Source: Eledone cirrhosa (lineage: Eukaryota). From it: a stretch of DNA of 64,000 bases. The number at the start of each line of letters is the position of its first letter. Position 1 is the first letter of the stretch. The stretch spans positions 3,410,001 through 3,474,000 of the forward strand of contig OZ024760.1 in NCBI GenBank assembly GCA_964016885.1, written 5' to 3'. A program made the translations under genes and the position numbers. Below, piece after piece: positions 1 to 15,000 of this stretch. The notes under the pieces are model-generated. The model saw nothing but the letters and a program-made list of their open reading frames with translations. It was not told the origin of the DNA and did no database searches.

Positions 1-3000
1 TCACCACAGTTGGTAATGTTCACCACAGTTGATAATGTTCACCACAGTTCATAATGTTCACCACAGTTGGTAATGTTCACCACAGTTCAAAATGTTCACC
101 ACAGTTGATAATGTTCACTATAGTTGATAATGTTCACCACAGTAGATAATGTTCACCACAGTTGATAATGCTCACCACAGTTGATAATGTTCACCACAGT
201 TGGTAATGTTCACCACAGTTGGTAATGTTCACCACAGTTCAAAATGTTCACCACAGTTAGTAATGTTCACCACAGTTGGTAATGTTCACCCCAGTTGATA
301 ATGTTCACCACAGTTGATAATGTTCACCACAGTTGGTAATGTTCACCACAGTTGGTAATGTTCACCACAGTTGGTAATGTTCACCACAGTTGATAATGTT
401 CACTATAGTTGATAATGTTCACCACAGTTGATAATGTTCACCACAGTTGATAATGTTCCCCACAGTTGATAATGTCCACCACAGTTGGTAATGTTCACCA
501 CAGTTGGTAATGTTCACCACAGTTGGTAATGTTCACCACAGTTGGTAATGTTCACCACAGTTCATAATGTTCACCACAGTTGGTAATGTTCACCACAGTT
601 TATAATGTTCACTATAGTTGGTAATGTTCACCACAGTTGATAATGTTCACCACAGTTGGTAATGTTCACTACAGTTGGTAATGTTCACCACAGTTGATAA
701 TGTTCACCACAGTTGGTAATGTTCACCACAGTTGATAATGTTCACCACAGTTGGTAATGTTCACCACAGTTGATAATGTTCACCACAGTTGGTAATGTTC
801 ACCACAGTTGGTAATGTTCACTATAGTTGATAATGTTCACCACAGTTGATAATGTTCACCACAGTTGATAATGTTCACCACAGTTGATAATGTTCACCAT
901 AGTTGGTAATGTTCACCACAGTTGGTAATGTTCAACATAGTTGATAATGTTCACCACAGTTGATAATGTTCACTGCAGTTGATAATGTTCACCACAGTTG
1001 ATAATGTTCACCTCAGTTGATAATGTTCACTACAGTTGATAATGTTCACCATAGTTGATAATGTTCACTACAGTTGATAATGTTCACCACAGTTGATAAT
1101 GTTCACCATAGTTGATAATGTTCACCACAGTTGATAATGTTCACTACAGTTGATAATGTTCACCGCAGTTGATAATGTTCACTACAGTTGATAATGTTCA
1201 CCACAGTTGATGATGTTCACCGCAGTTGATAATGTTCACCGCAGTTGATAATGTTCACAACAGTTGATAATGTTCACCACAGTTGATAATGTTCACCACA
1301 GTTGGTAATGTTCACCACAGTTGGTAATGTTCACCGCAGTTGATAATGTTCACTACAGTTGATAATGTTCACCACAGTTGATAATGTTCACCACAGTTGA
1401 TAATGTTCACCACAGTTGATAATGTTCACCGCAGTTGATAATGTTCACTACAGTTGATAATGTTCACCACAGTTGGTAATGTTCCCCACAGTTGGTAATG
1501 TTCACCGCAGTTGATAATGTTCACCACAGTTGATAATGTTCAACACAATTGATAATGTTCACCACAGTTGATAATGTTCACCACAGTTGATAATGTTCAC
1601 CACAGTTGGTAATGTTCCCCACAGTTGATAATGTTCACCGCAGTTGGTAATGTTCACTACAGTTGATAATGTTCACCACAGTTGATAATGTTCACCACAG
1701 TTGATAATGTTCACCACAGTTGATAATGTTCACCACAGTTGATAATTTTCACCGCAGTTGATAATGTTCCCCACAGTTGATAATGTTCACCGCAGTTGGT
1801 AATGTTCACTACAGTTGATAATGTTCACCACAGTTGATAATGTTCACCACAGTTGATAATTTTCACCGCAGTTGATAATGTTCCCCACAGTTGATAATGT
1901 TCACCGCAGTTGGTAATGTTCACTACAGTTGATGATGTTCACCACAGTTGATAATGTTCACCACAGTTGATAGTTTTCACCGCAGTTGATAATGTTCACT
2001 ACAGTTGATAATGTTCACCACAGTTGATAATGTTCACCGCAGTTGATAATGTTCACCGCAGTTGATAATGTTCATTACAGTTGATAATGTTCACCACAGT
2101 TGGTAATGTTCACCACAGTTGATAATGTTCACCGCAGTTGATAATGTTCACCACAGTTGATAATGTTCACCACAGTTGATAATGTTCACCACAGTTGATA
2201 ATGTTCACCACAGTTGATAATGTTCACCATAGTTGGTAATGTTCACCACAGTTGGTAATGTTCACCACAGTTGATAATGTTCACCATAGTTGATAATGTT
2301 CACCACAGTTGATGATGTTCACTGCAGTTGATAATGTTCACCACAGTTGATAATGTTCACCATAGTTGGTAATGTTCACCACAGTTGATAATGTTCACCA
2401 TAGTTGATAATGTTCACCACAGTTGATAATGTTCACTGCAGTTGATAATGTTCACCACAGTTGATAATGTTCACCTCAGTTGATAATGTTCACTACAGTT
2501 GATAATGTTCACCATAGTTGATAATGTTCACTACAGTTGATAATGTTCACCACAGTTGATAATGTTCACCATAGTTGATAATGTTCACCACAGTTGATAA
2601 TGTTCACTACAGTTGATAATGTTCACCGCAGTTGATAATGTTCACTACAGTTGATAATGTTCACCACAGTTGATAATGTTCACCGCAGTTGATAATGTTC
2701 ACCGCAGTTGATAATATTCACTACAGTTGATAATGTTCACCACAGTTGATAATGTTCACCACAGTTGGTAATGTTCACCACAGTTGGTAATGTTCACTAC
2801 AGTTGATAATGTTCACCACAGTTGATAATGTTCACCGCAGTTGATAATGTTCACTACAGTTGATAATGTTCACCACAGTTGGTAATGTTCCCCACAGTTG
2901 GTAATGTTCACCGCAGTTGGTAATGTTCACTATAGTTGATAATGTTCACCACAGTTGATAATGTTCAACACAGTTGATAATATTCACCACAGTTGGTAAT

Positions 3001-6000
3001 GTTCACTACAGTTGATAATGTTCACCACAGTTGATAATGTTCACCGCAGTTGATAATGTTCACCGCAGTTGATAATGTTCACTACAGTTGATAATGTTCA
3101 CCACAGTTGGTAATGTTCACCATAGTTGGTAATGTTCCCCACAGTTGGTCATGTTCACCGCAGTTGGTAATGTTCACCGCAGTTGATAATGTTCACCACA
3201 GTTGATAATGTTCACCACAGTTGATAATGTTCACCGCAGTTGATAATGTTCACTACAGTTGATAATGTTCACCACAGTTGATAATGTTCGCCGCAGTTGA
3301 TAATGTTCACTACATTTGATAATGTTCACCACAGTTGATAATGTTCACCACAGTTGGTAATGTTCCCCACAGTTGATAATGTTCACCGCAGTTGGTAATG
3401 TTCACTACAGTTGATAATGTTCATCGCAGTTGATAATGTTCACCACAGTTGATAATGTTCAGCACAGTTGATAATGTTCACCACAGTTGGTAATGTTCAC
3501 TACAGTTGATAATGTTCACTACAATTGATAATGTTCACCATAGTTGGTAATGTTCACTACAGTTGATAATGTTCACCATAGTTGGTAATGTTCACCACAG
3601 TTGGTAATGTTCACTACAGTTGATAATGTTCACTACAGTTGATAACGTTCACCATAGTTGGTAATGTTCACTACAGTTGATAATGTTCACTACAGTTGAT
3701 AATGTTCACCATAGTTGGTAATGTTCATCACAGTTGGTAATGTTCACTACAGTTGATAGTGTTCACTACAGTTGATAATGTTCACCATAGTTGGTAATGT
3801 TCACCACAGTTGGTAATTTTCACCACAGTTGATAATGTTCACCACAGTTGGTAATGTTCACCACAGTTGGTAATGTTCACCACAGTTGGTAATGTTCACT
3901 ACAGTTGGTAATGTTCACCACAGTTGGTAATTTTCACCACAGTTGATAATGTTCACCACAGTTGGTAATGTTCACCACAGTTGATAATGTTCACCACAGT
4001 TGGTAATGTTCACTACAGTTGGTAATGTTCACCACAGTTGGTAATTTTCACCACAGTTGGTAATGTTCACCACAGTTGATAATGTTCACTATAGTTGATA
4101 ATGTTCACCACGGTTGATAATGTTCACCACAGTTGATAATGTTCACCACAGTTGGTAATGTTCACCACAGTTGATAATGTTCACCACAGTTCATAATGTT
4201 CACCACAGTTGGTAATGTTCACCACAGTTCAAAATGTTCACCACAGTTGATAATGTTCACTATAGTTGATAATGTTCACCACAGTAGATAATGTTCACCA
4301 CAGTTGATAATGTTCACCACAGTTGATAATGTTCACCACAGTTGGTAATGTTCACCACAGTTGGTAATGTTCACCACAGTTCAAAATGTTCACCACAGTT
4401 GGTAATGTTCACCACAGTTGGTAATGTTCACCACAGTTGATAATGTTCACCACAGTTGATAATGTTCACCACAGTTGGTAATGTTCACCACAGTTGGTAA
4501 TGTTCACCACAGTTGGTAATGTTCACCACAGTTGGTAATGTTCGCCACAGTTGATAATGTTCACTATAGTTGATAATGTTCACCACAGTTGATAATGTTC
4601 ACCACAGTTGATAATGTTCCCCACAGTTGATAATGTCCACCACAGTTGGTAATGTTCACCACAGTTGGTAATGTTCACGGCAGTTGATAATGTTCACTAC
4701 AGTTGATAATGTTCACCACAGTTGATAATGTTCACCACAGTTGGTAATGTTCACCACAGTTGGTAATGTTCACCACAGTTCATAATGTTCACCACAGTTG
4801 GTAATTTTCACCACAGTTGATAATGTTCACCACAGTTGGTAATGTTCACCACAGTTGATAATGTTCACCACAGTTGGTAATGTTCACTACAGTTGGTAAT
4901 GTTCACCACAGTTGGTAATTTTCACCACAGTTGGTAATGTTCACCACAGTTGATAATGTTCACTATAGTTGATAATGTTCACCACGGTTGATAATGTTCA
5001 CCACAGTTGATAATGTTCACCACAGTTGGTAATGTTCACCACAGTTGATAATGTTCACCACAGTTCATAATGTTCACCACAGTTGGTAATGTTCACCACA
5101 GTTCAAAATGTTCACCACAGTTGATAATGTTCACTATAGTTGATAATGTTCACCACAGTAGATAATGTTCACCACAGTTGATAATGTTCACCACAGTTGA
5201 TAATGTTCACCACAGTTGGTAATGTTCACCACAGTTGGTAATGTTCACCACAGTTCAAAATGTTCACCACAGTTGGTAATGTTCACCACAGTTGGTAATG
5301 TTCACCACAGTTGATAATGTTCACCACAGTTGATAATGTTCACCACAGTTGGTAATGTTCACCACAGTTGGTAATGTTCACCACAGTTGGTAATGTTCAC
5401 CACAGTTGGTAATGTTCACCACAGTTGATAATGTTCACTATAGTTGATAATGTTCACCACAGTTGATAATGTTCACCACAGTTGATAATGTTCCCCACAG
5501 TTGATAATGTCCACCACAGTTGGTAATGTTCACCACAGTTGGTAATGTTCACGGCAGTTGATAATGTTCACTACAGTTGATAATGTTCACCACAGTTGAT
5601 AATGTTCACCACAGTTGGTAATGTTCACCACAGTTGGTAATGTTCACCACAGTTCATAATGTTCACCACAGTTGGTAATGTTCACCACAGTTTATAATGT
5701 TCACTATAGTTGATAATGTTCACCACAGTTGATAATGTTCACCACAGTTGATAATGTTCACCACAGTTGGTAATGTTCACTACAGTTGGTAATGTTCACC
5801 ACAGTTGATAATGTTCACCACAGTTGGTAATGTTCACCACAGTTGGTAATGTTCACCACAGTTGATAATGTTCACCACAGTTGGTAATGTTCACCACAGT
5901 TGGTAATGTTCACCACAGTTGGTAATGTTCACCACAGTTGATAATGTTCACCACAGTTGGTAATGTTCACCACAGTTGATAATGTTCACCACAGTTGGTA

Positions 6001-9000
6001 ATGTTCACCACAGTTGATAATGTTCACCACAGTTGGTAATGTTCACCACAGTTGATAATGTTCACCACAGTTGGTAATGTTCACCACAGTTGGTAATGTT
6101 CACCACAGTTGGTAATATTCACCACAGTTGGTAATGTTCACCATAGTTGATAATGTTCACCACAGTTGATAATGTTCACCACAGTTGATAATGTTCACCA
6201 CAGTTGATAATGTTCACCACAGTTGGTAATGTTCACCACAGTTGATAATGTTCACCACAGTTGGTAATGTTCACCACAGTTGATAATGTTCACCACAGTT
6301 GGTAATGTTCACCACAGTTGATAATGTTCACTATAGTAGATAATGTTCACCACAGTTGATAATGTTCCCCGCAGTTGATAATGTTCACTACAGTTGATAA
6401 TATTCACCACAGTTGATAATGTTCACCATAGTTGGTAATGTTCACCACAGTTGGTAATGTTCACCATAGTTGGTAATGTTCACCACAGTTGATAATGTTC
6501 ACTACAGTTGATAACGTTCACCATAGTTGGTTCACCACAGTTGATAATGTTCACCACAGTTGATAATGTTCACCACAGTTGGTAATGTTCACCACAGTTG
6601 ATAATGTTCACCACAGTTGGTAATGTTCACCACAGTTGGTAATGTTCACCACAGTTGATAATGTTCACTACAGTTGATAACGTTCACCATAGTTGGTAAT
6701 GTTCACTACAGTTGATAATGTTCACTACAGTTGGTAATGTTCACCACAGTTGGTAATGTTCACTACAGTTGATAATGTTCACTACAGTTGATAACGTTCA
6801 CCATAGTTGGTAATGTTCACTACAGTTGATAATGTTCACCATAGTTGGTAATGTTCACCACAGTTGGTAATGTTCACTACAGTTGGTAATGTTCACTACA
6901 GTTGATAACGTTCATCATAGTTGGTAATGTTCACCACAGTTGATAATGTTCACCACAGTTGATAATGTTCACTACAGTTGGTAATGTTCACCACAGTTGA
7001 TAATGTTCACCACAGTTGGTAATGTTCACCACAGTTGGTAATTTTCACCACAGTTGGTAATGTTCACCACAGTTGATAATGTTCACCACAGTTGATAATG
7101 TTCACCACAGTTGATAATGTTCACCACAGTTGATAATGTTCACCACAGTTGGTAATGTTCACCACAGTTGATAATGTTCACCACAGTTGGTAATGTTCAC
7201 CACAGTTGGTAATGTTCACCACAGTTGATAATGTTCACCACAGTTGGTAATGTTCACCACAGTTGATAATGTTCACCACAGTTGATAATGTTCACCACAG
7301 TTGATAATGTTCACCACAGTTGGTAATGTTCACCACAGTTGATAATGTTCACCACAGTTGATAATGTTCACTACAGTTGGTAATGTTCACCACAGTTGAT
7401 AACGTTCACCACAGTTGGTAATGTTCACCACAGTTGATAATGTTCACCACAGTTGTTAATGTTCACCACAGTTGATAATGTTCACCACAGTTGATAATGT
7501 TCACCACAGTTGGTAATGTTCACCACAGTTGGTAATGTTCACCACAGTTGATAATGTTCACCACAGTTGGTAATGTTCACCACAGTTGATAATGTTCACC
7601 ACAGTTGGTAATGTTCACCACAGTTGATTATGTTCACTACAGTTGATAATGTTCACTACAGTTGGTAATGTTCACCACAGTTGATAATGTTCACTATAGT
7701 TGATAATGTTCACCACAGTTGATAATGTTCACCACAGTTGATAATATTCACTATAGTTGATAATGTTCACCACAGTTGATAATGTTCAGCATAGTTGGTA
7801 ATGTTCACTGCAGTTGATAATGTTCACCAGAGTTGGTAATGTTCACTATAGTTGATAATGTTCACCACAGTTGATAATGTTCAGCATAGTTGGTAATGTT
7901 CACTACAGTTGATAATGTTCACTACAGTTGATAATGTTCACCACAATTGGTAATGTTCACCACAGTTGGTAATGTTCACCACAGTTGGTAATGTTCACCA
8001 CAGTTGGTACTGTTCACCACAGTTGATAATGTTCACCACAGTTGGTAATGTTCACCACAGTTGGTAATGTTCACCATAGCTGATAATTTTCACCACAGTT
8101 GATAATGTTCACTATAGTTGATAATGTTCACCACAGTTGGTAATGTTCACCATAGTTGATAATGTTCACCACAGTTGATAATGTTCACTATAGTTGATAA
8201 TGTTCACTACAGTTGGTAATGTTCACCACAGTTGATAATGTTCACTACAGTTGATAATGTTCACTACAGTTGATAATGTTCACCACAGTTGATAATGTTC
8301 ACCACAGTTGATAATGTTCACCACAGTTGATAATGTTCACCACAGTTGATAATGTTCACCACAGTTGATAATGTTCACGGCAGTTGATAATGTTCACCAC
8401 AGTTGATAATGTTCACCACAGTTGATGATGTTCACTGCAGTTGATAATGTTCACCACAGTTGATAATGTTCACCATAGTTGGTAATGTTCACCACAGTTG
8501 ATAATGTTCACCATAGTTGATAATGTTCACCACAGTTGATAATGTTCACCACAGTTGATGATGTTCACTGCAGTTGATAATGTTCACCACAGTTGATAAT
8601 GTTCACCATAGTTGGTAATGTTCACCACAGTTGATAATGTTCACCATAGTTGATAATGTTCACCACAGTTGATGATGTTCACTGCAGTTGATAATGTTCA
8701 CCACAGTTGATAATGTTCACCATAGTTGGTAATGTTCACCACAGTTGATAATGTTCACCATAGTTGATAATGTTCACCACAGTTGATAATGTTCACTGCA
8801 GTTGATAATGTTCACCACAGTTGATAATGTTCACCTCAGTTGATAATGTTCACTACAGTTGATAATGTTCACCATAGTTGATAATGTTCACTACAGTTGA
8901 TAATGTTCACCACAGTTGATAATGTTCACCATAGTTGATAATGTTCACCACAGTTGATAATGTTCACTACAGTTGATAATGTTCACCGCAGTTGATAATG

Positions 9001-12000
9001 TTCACTACAGTTGATAATGTTCACCACAGTTGATAATGTTCACCGCAGTTGATAATGTTCACCGCAGTTGATAATATTCACTACAGTTGATAATGTTCAC
9101 CACAGTTGATAATGTTCACCACAGTTGGTAATGTTCACCACAGTTGGTAATGTTCACCGCAGTTGATAATGTTCACTACAGTTGATAATGTTCACCACAG
9201 TTGATAATGTTCACCGCAGTTGATAATGTTCACTACAGTTGATAATGTTCACCACAGTTGGTAATGTTCCCCACAGTTGGTAATGTTCACCGCAGTTGGT
9301 AATGTTCACTATAGTTGATAATGTTCACCACAGTTGATAATGTTCAACACAGTTGATAATATTCACCACAGTTGGTAATGTTCACTACAGTTGATAATGT
9401 TCACCACAGTTGATAATGTTCACCGCAGTTGATAATGTTCACCGCAGTTGATAATGTTCACTACAGTTGATAATGTTCACCACAGTTGGTAATGTTCACC
9501 ATAGTTGGTAATGTTCCCCACAGTTGGTCATGTTCACCGCAGTTGGTAATGTTCACCGCAGTTGATAATGTTCACCACAGTTGATAATGTTCACCACAGT
9601 TGATAATGTTCACCGCAGTTGATAATGTTCACTACAGTTGATAATGTTCACCACAGTTGATAATGTTCACCGCAGTTGATAATGTTCACTACATTTGATA
9701 ATGTTCACCACAGTTGATAATGTTCACCACAGTTGGTAATGTTCCCCACAGTTGATAATGTTCACCGCAGTTGGTAATGTTCACTACAGTTGATAATGTT
9801 CATCGCAGTTGATAATGTTCACCACAGTTGATAATGTTCAGCACAGTTGATAATGTTCACCACAGTTGGTAATGTTCACTACAGTTGATAATGTTCACTA
9901 CAATTGATAATGTTCACCATAGTTGATAATGTTCACCACAGTTGATAATGTTCACCACAGTTGATAATGTTCACCACAGTTGGTAATGTTCACCACAGTT
10001 GATAATGTTCACCACAGTTGATAATGTTCACTACAGTTGGTAATGTTCACCACAGTTGATAACGTTCACCACAGTTGGTAATGTTCACCACAGTTGATAA
10101 TGTTCACCACAGTTGATAATGTTCACCACAGTTGATAATGTTCACCACAGTTGGTAATGTTCACCACAGTTGGTAATGTTCACCACAGTTGATAATGTTC
10201 ACCACAGTTGGTAATGTTCACCACAGTTGATAATGTTCACCACAGTTGGTAATGTTCACCACAGTTGATAATGTTCACTATAGTTGATAATGTTCACCAC
10301 AGTTGATAATGTTCACCACAGTTGATAATGTTCACTACAGTTGACAATGTTCACCACAGTTGATAATGTTCACCACAGTTGGTAATGTTCACCAGAGTTG
10401 TTAATGTTCACCACAGTTGGTAATGTTCACCATAGTTGATTATGTTCACTACAGTTGATAATGTTCACCACAGTTGATAATGTTCACCACAGTTCATAAT
10501 GTTCACCACAGTTGGTAATGTTCACCACAGTTCAAAATGTTCACCACAGTTGATAATGTTCACTATAGTTGATAATGTTCACCACAGTAGATAATGTTCA
10601 CCACAGTTGATAATCTTCACCACAGTTGATAATGTTCACCACAGTTGGTAATGTTCACCACAGTTGGTAATGTTCACCACAGTTCAAAATGTTCACCACA
10701 GTTGGTAATGTTCACCACAGTTGGTAATGTTCACCACAGTTGATAATGTTCACCACAGTTGATAATGTTCACCACAGTTGGTAATGTTCACCACAGTTGG
10801 TAATGTTCACCACAGTTGGTAATGTTCACCACAGTTGGTAATGTTCACCACAGTTGATAATGTTCACTATAGTTGATAATGTTCACCACAGTTGATAATG
10901 TTCACCACAGTTGATAATGTTCCCCACAGTTGATAATGTCCACCACAGTTGGTAATGTTCACCACAGTTGGTAATGTTCACGGCAGTTGATAATGTTCAC
11001 TACAGTTGATAATGTTCACCACAGTTGATAATGTTCACCACAGTTGGTAATGTTCACCACAGTTGGTAATGTTCACCACAGTTCATAATGTTCACCACAG
11101 TTGGTAATGTTCACCACAGTTTATAATGTTCACTATAGTTGATAATGTTCACCACAGTTGATAATGTTCACCACAGTTGATAATGTTCACCACAGTTGGT
11201 AATGTTCACCACAGTTGGTAATGTTCACCACAGTTCATAATGTTCACCTCAGTTGGTAATGTTCACCACAGTTTATAATGTTCACTATAGTTGATAATGT
11301 TCACCACAGTTGATAATGTTCACTACAGTTGGTAATGTTCACCACAGTTGATAATGTTCACCACAGTTGATAATGTTCACCACAGTTGGTAATGTTCACC
11401 ACAGTTGATAATGTTCACCACAGTTGGTAATGTTCACCACAGTTGGTAATGTTCACCACAGTTGGTAATATTCACCACAGTTGGTAATGTTCACCATAGT
11501 TGATAATGTTCACCACAGTTGATAATGTTCACCACAGTTGATAATGTTCACCACAGTTGATAATGTTCACCACAGTTGGTAATGTTCACCACAGTTGATA
11601 ATGTTCACCACAGTTGGTAATGTTCACCACAGTTGATAATGTTCACCACAGTTGGTAATGTTCACCACAGTTGATAATGTTCACTATAGTAGATAATGTT
11701 CACCACAGTTGATAATGTTCCCCGCAGTTGATAATGTTCACTACAGTTGATAATATTCACCACAGTTGATAATGTTCACCATAGTTGGTAATGTTCACCA
11801 CAGTTGGTAATGTTCACCATAGTTGGTAATGTTCACCACAGTTGATAATGTTCACTACAGTTGATAACGTTCACCATAGTTGGTTCACCACAGTTGATAA
11901 TGTTCACCACAGTTGATAATGTTCACCACAGTTGGTAATGTTCACCACAGTTGATAATGTTCACCACAGTTGATAATGTTCACCACAGTTGGTAATGTTC

Positions 12001-15000
12001 ACCACAGTTGATAATGTTCACTACAGTTGATAACGTTCACCATAGTTGGTAATGTTCACTACAGTTGATAATGTTCACTACAGTTGGTAATGTTCACCAC
12101 AGTTGGTAATGTTCACTACAGTTGATAATGTTCACTACAGTTGATAACGTTCACCATAGTTGGTAATGTTCACTACAGTTGATAATGTTCACCATAGTTG
12201 GTAATGTTCACCACAGTTGGTAATGTTCACTACAGTTGGTAATGTTCACTACAGTTGATAACGTTCATCATAGTTGGTAATGTTCACCACAGTTGATAAT
12301 GTTCACCACAGTTGATAATGTTCACTACAGTTGGTAATGTTCACCACAGTTGATAATGTTCACCACAGTTGGTAATGTTCACCACAGTTGGTAATTTTCA
12401 CCACAGTTGGTAATGTTCACCACAGTTGATAATGTTCACCACAGTTGATAATGTTCACCACAGTTGATAATGTTCACCACAGTTGATAATGTTCACCACA
12501 GTTGGTAATGTTCACCACAGTTGATAATGTTCACCACAGTTGGTAATGTTCACCACAGTTGGTAATGTTCACCACAGTTGATAATGTTCACCACAGTTGG
12601 TAATGTTCACCACAGTTGATAATGTTCACCACAGTTGATAATGTTCACCACAGTTGATAATGTTCACCACAGTTGGTAATGTTCACCACAGTTGATAATG
12701 TTCACCACAGTTGATAATGTTCACTACAGTTGGTAATGTTCACCACAGTTGATAACGTTCACCACAGTTGGTAATGTTCACCACAGTTGATAATGTTCAC
12801 CACAGTTGTTAATGTTCACCACAGTTGATAATGTTCACCACAGTTGATAATGTTCACCACAGTTGGTAATGTTCACCACAGTTGGTAATGTTCACCACAG
12901 TTGATAATGTTCACCACAGTTGGTAATGTTCACCACAGTTGATAATGTTCACCACAGTTGGTAATGTTCACCACAGTTGATAATGTTCACTATAGTTGAT
13001 AATGTTCACCACAGTTGATAATGTTCACCACAGTTGATAATTTTCACTACAGTTGACAATGTTCACCACAGTTGATAATGTTCACCACAGTTGGTAATGT
13101 TCACCAGAGTTGTTAATGTTCACCACAGTTGGTAATGTTCACCATAGTTGATTATGTTCACTACAGTTGATAATGTTCACTACAGTTGGTAATGTTCACC
13201 ACAGTTGATAATGTTCACTATAGTTGATAATGTTCACCACAGTTGATAATGTTCACCACAGTTGATAATATTCACTATAGTTGATAATGTTCACCACAGT
13301 TGATAATGTACAGCATAGTTGGTAATGTTCACTGCAGTTGATAATGTTCACCAGAGTTGGTAATGTTCACTATAGTTGATAATGTTCACCACAGTTGATA
13401 ATGTTCAGCATAGTTGGTAATGTTCACTACAGTTGATAATGTTCACCACAATTGGTAATGTTCACCACAGTTGGTAATGTTCACCACAGTTGGTAATGTT
13501 CACCACAGTTGGTACTGTTCACCACAGTTGATAATGTTCACCACAGTTGGTAATGTTCACCACAGTTGGTAATGTTCACCATAGCTGATAATTTTCACCA
13601 CAGTTGATAATGTTCACTATAGTTGATAATGTTCACCACAGTTGGTAATGTTCACCATAGTTGATAATGTTCACCACAGTTGATAATGTTCACTATAGTT
13701 GATAATGTTCACTACAGTTGATAATGTTCACCACAGTTGATAATGTTCACTACAGTTGATAATGTTCACTACAGTTGATAATGTTCACCACAGTTGATAA
13801 TGTTCACCACAGTTGATAATGTTCACCACAGTTGATAATGTTCACCACAGTTGATAATGTTCACCACAGTTGATAATGTTCACGGCAGTTGATAATGTTC
13901 ACCACAGTTGATAATGTTCACCACAGTTGATAATGTTCACCACAGTTGATAATGTTCACTACAGTTGATAATGTTCACCACAGTTGATAATGTTCACCAC
14001 AGTTGATAATGTTCACCACAGTTGATAATGTTCACTACAGTTGATAATGTTCACCACAGTTGATAATGTTCACTACAGTTGATAATGTTCACCACAGTTG
14101 ATAATGTTCACTACAGTTGATGATGTTCCCTACAGTTGATAATGTTCACCATAGTTGATAATGTTCACCACAGTTGATAATGTTCACTACAGTTGATAAT
14201 GTTCACTACAGTTGATAATGTTCACCACAGTTGATGATGTTCACCACAGCTGGTAATGTTCACCACAGTTGATAATGTTCACTATAGTTGATAATGTTCA
14301 CCACAGTTGATAATGTTCACTACAGTTGATAATGTTCACCACAGTTGATAATGTTCACTACAGTTGATAATGTTCACCACAGTTGATAATGTTCACTACA
14401 GTTGATGATGTTCACTACAGTTGATAATGTTCACCATAGTTGATAATGTTCACCACAGTTGATAATGTTCACTACAGTTGATAATGTTCACTACAGTTGA
14501 TAATGTTCACCACAGTTGATGATGTTCACTACAGTTGATAATGTTCACCACAGTTGATAATGTTCACTACAGTTGATAATGTTCACCACAGTTGATAATG
14601 TTCACCACAGTTGATAACGTTCACTACAGTTGATAATGTTCACCACAGTTGGTAATGTTCACTACAGTTGATAATGTTCACCACAGTTGATAATGTTCAC
14701 TACAGTTGATAATGTTCACTACAGTTGATAATGTTCACCACAGTTGATAATGTTCACTACAGTTGATAATGTTCACTACATTTGATAATGTTCACCACAG
14801 TTGTTAATGTTCACTACAGTTGATAATGTTCACCACAGTTGATAATGTTCACGGCAGTTGATAATGTTCACCGCAGTTGATAATGTTCACCAGAGTTGAT
14901 AATGTTCACTACAGTTGATGATGTTCACCACAGTTGATAATGTTCACCACAGTTGGTAATGTTCACCACAGTTGATAATTTTCACCACAGTTGATGATGT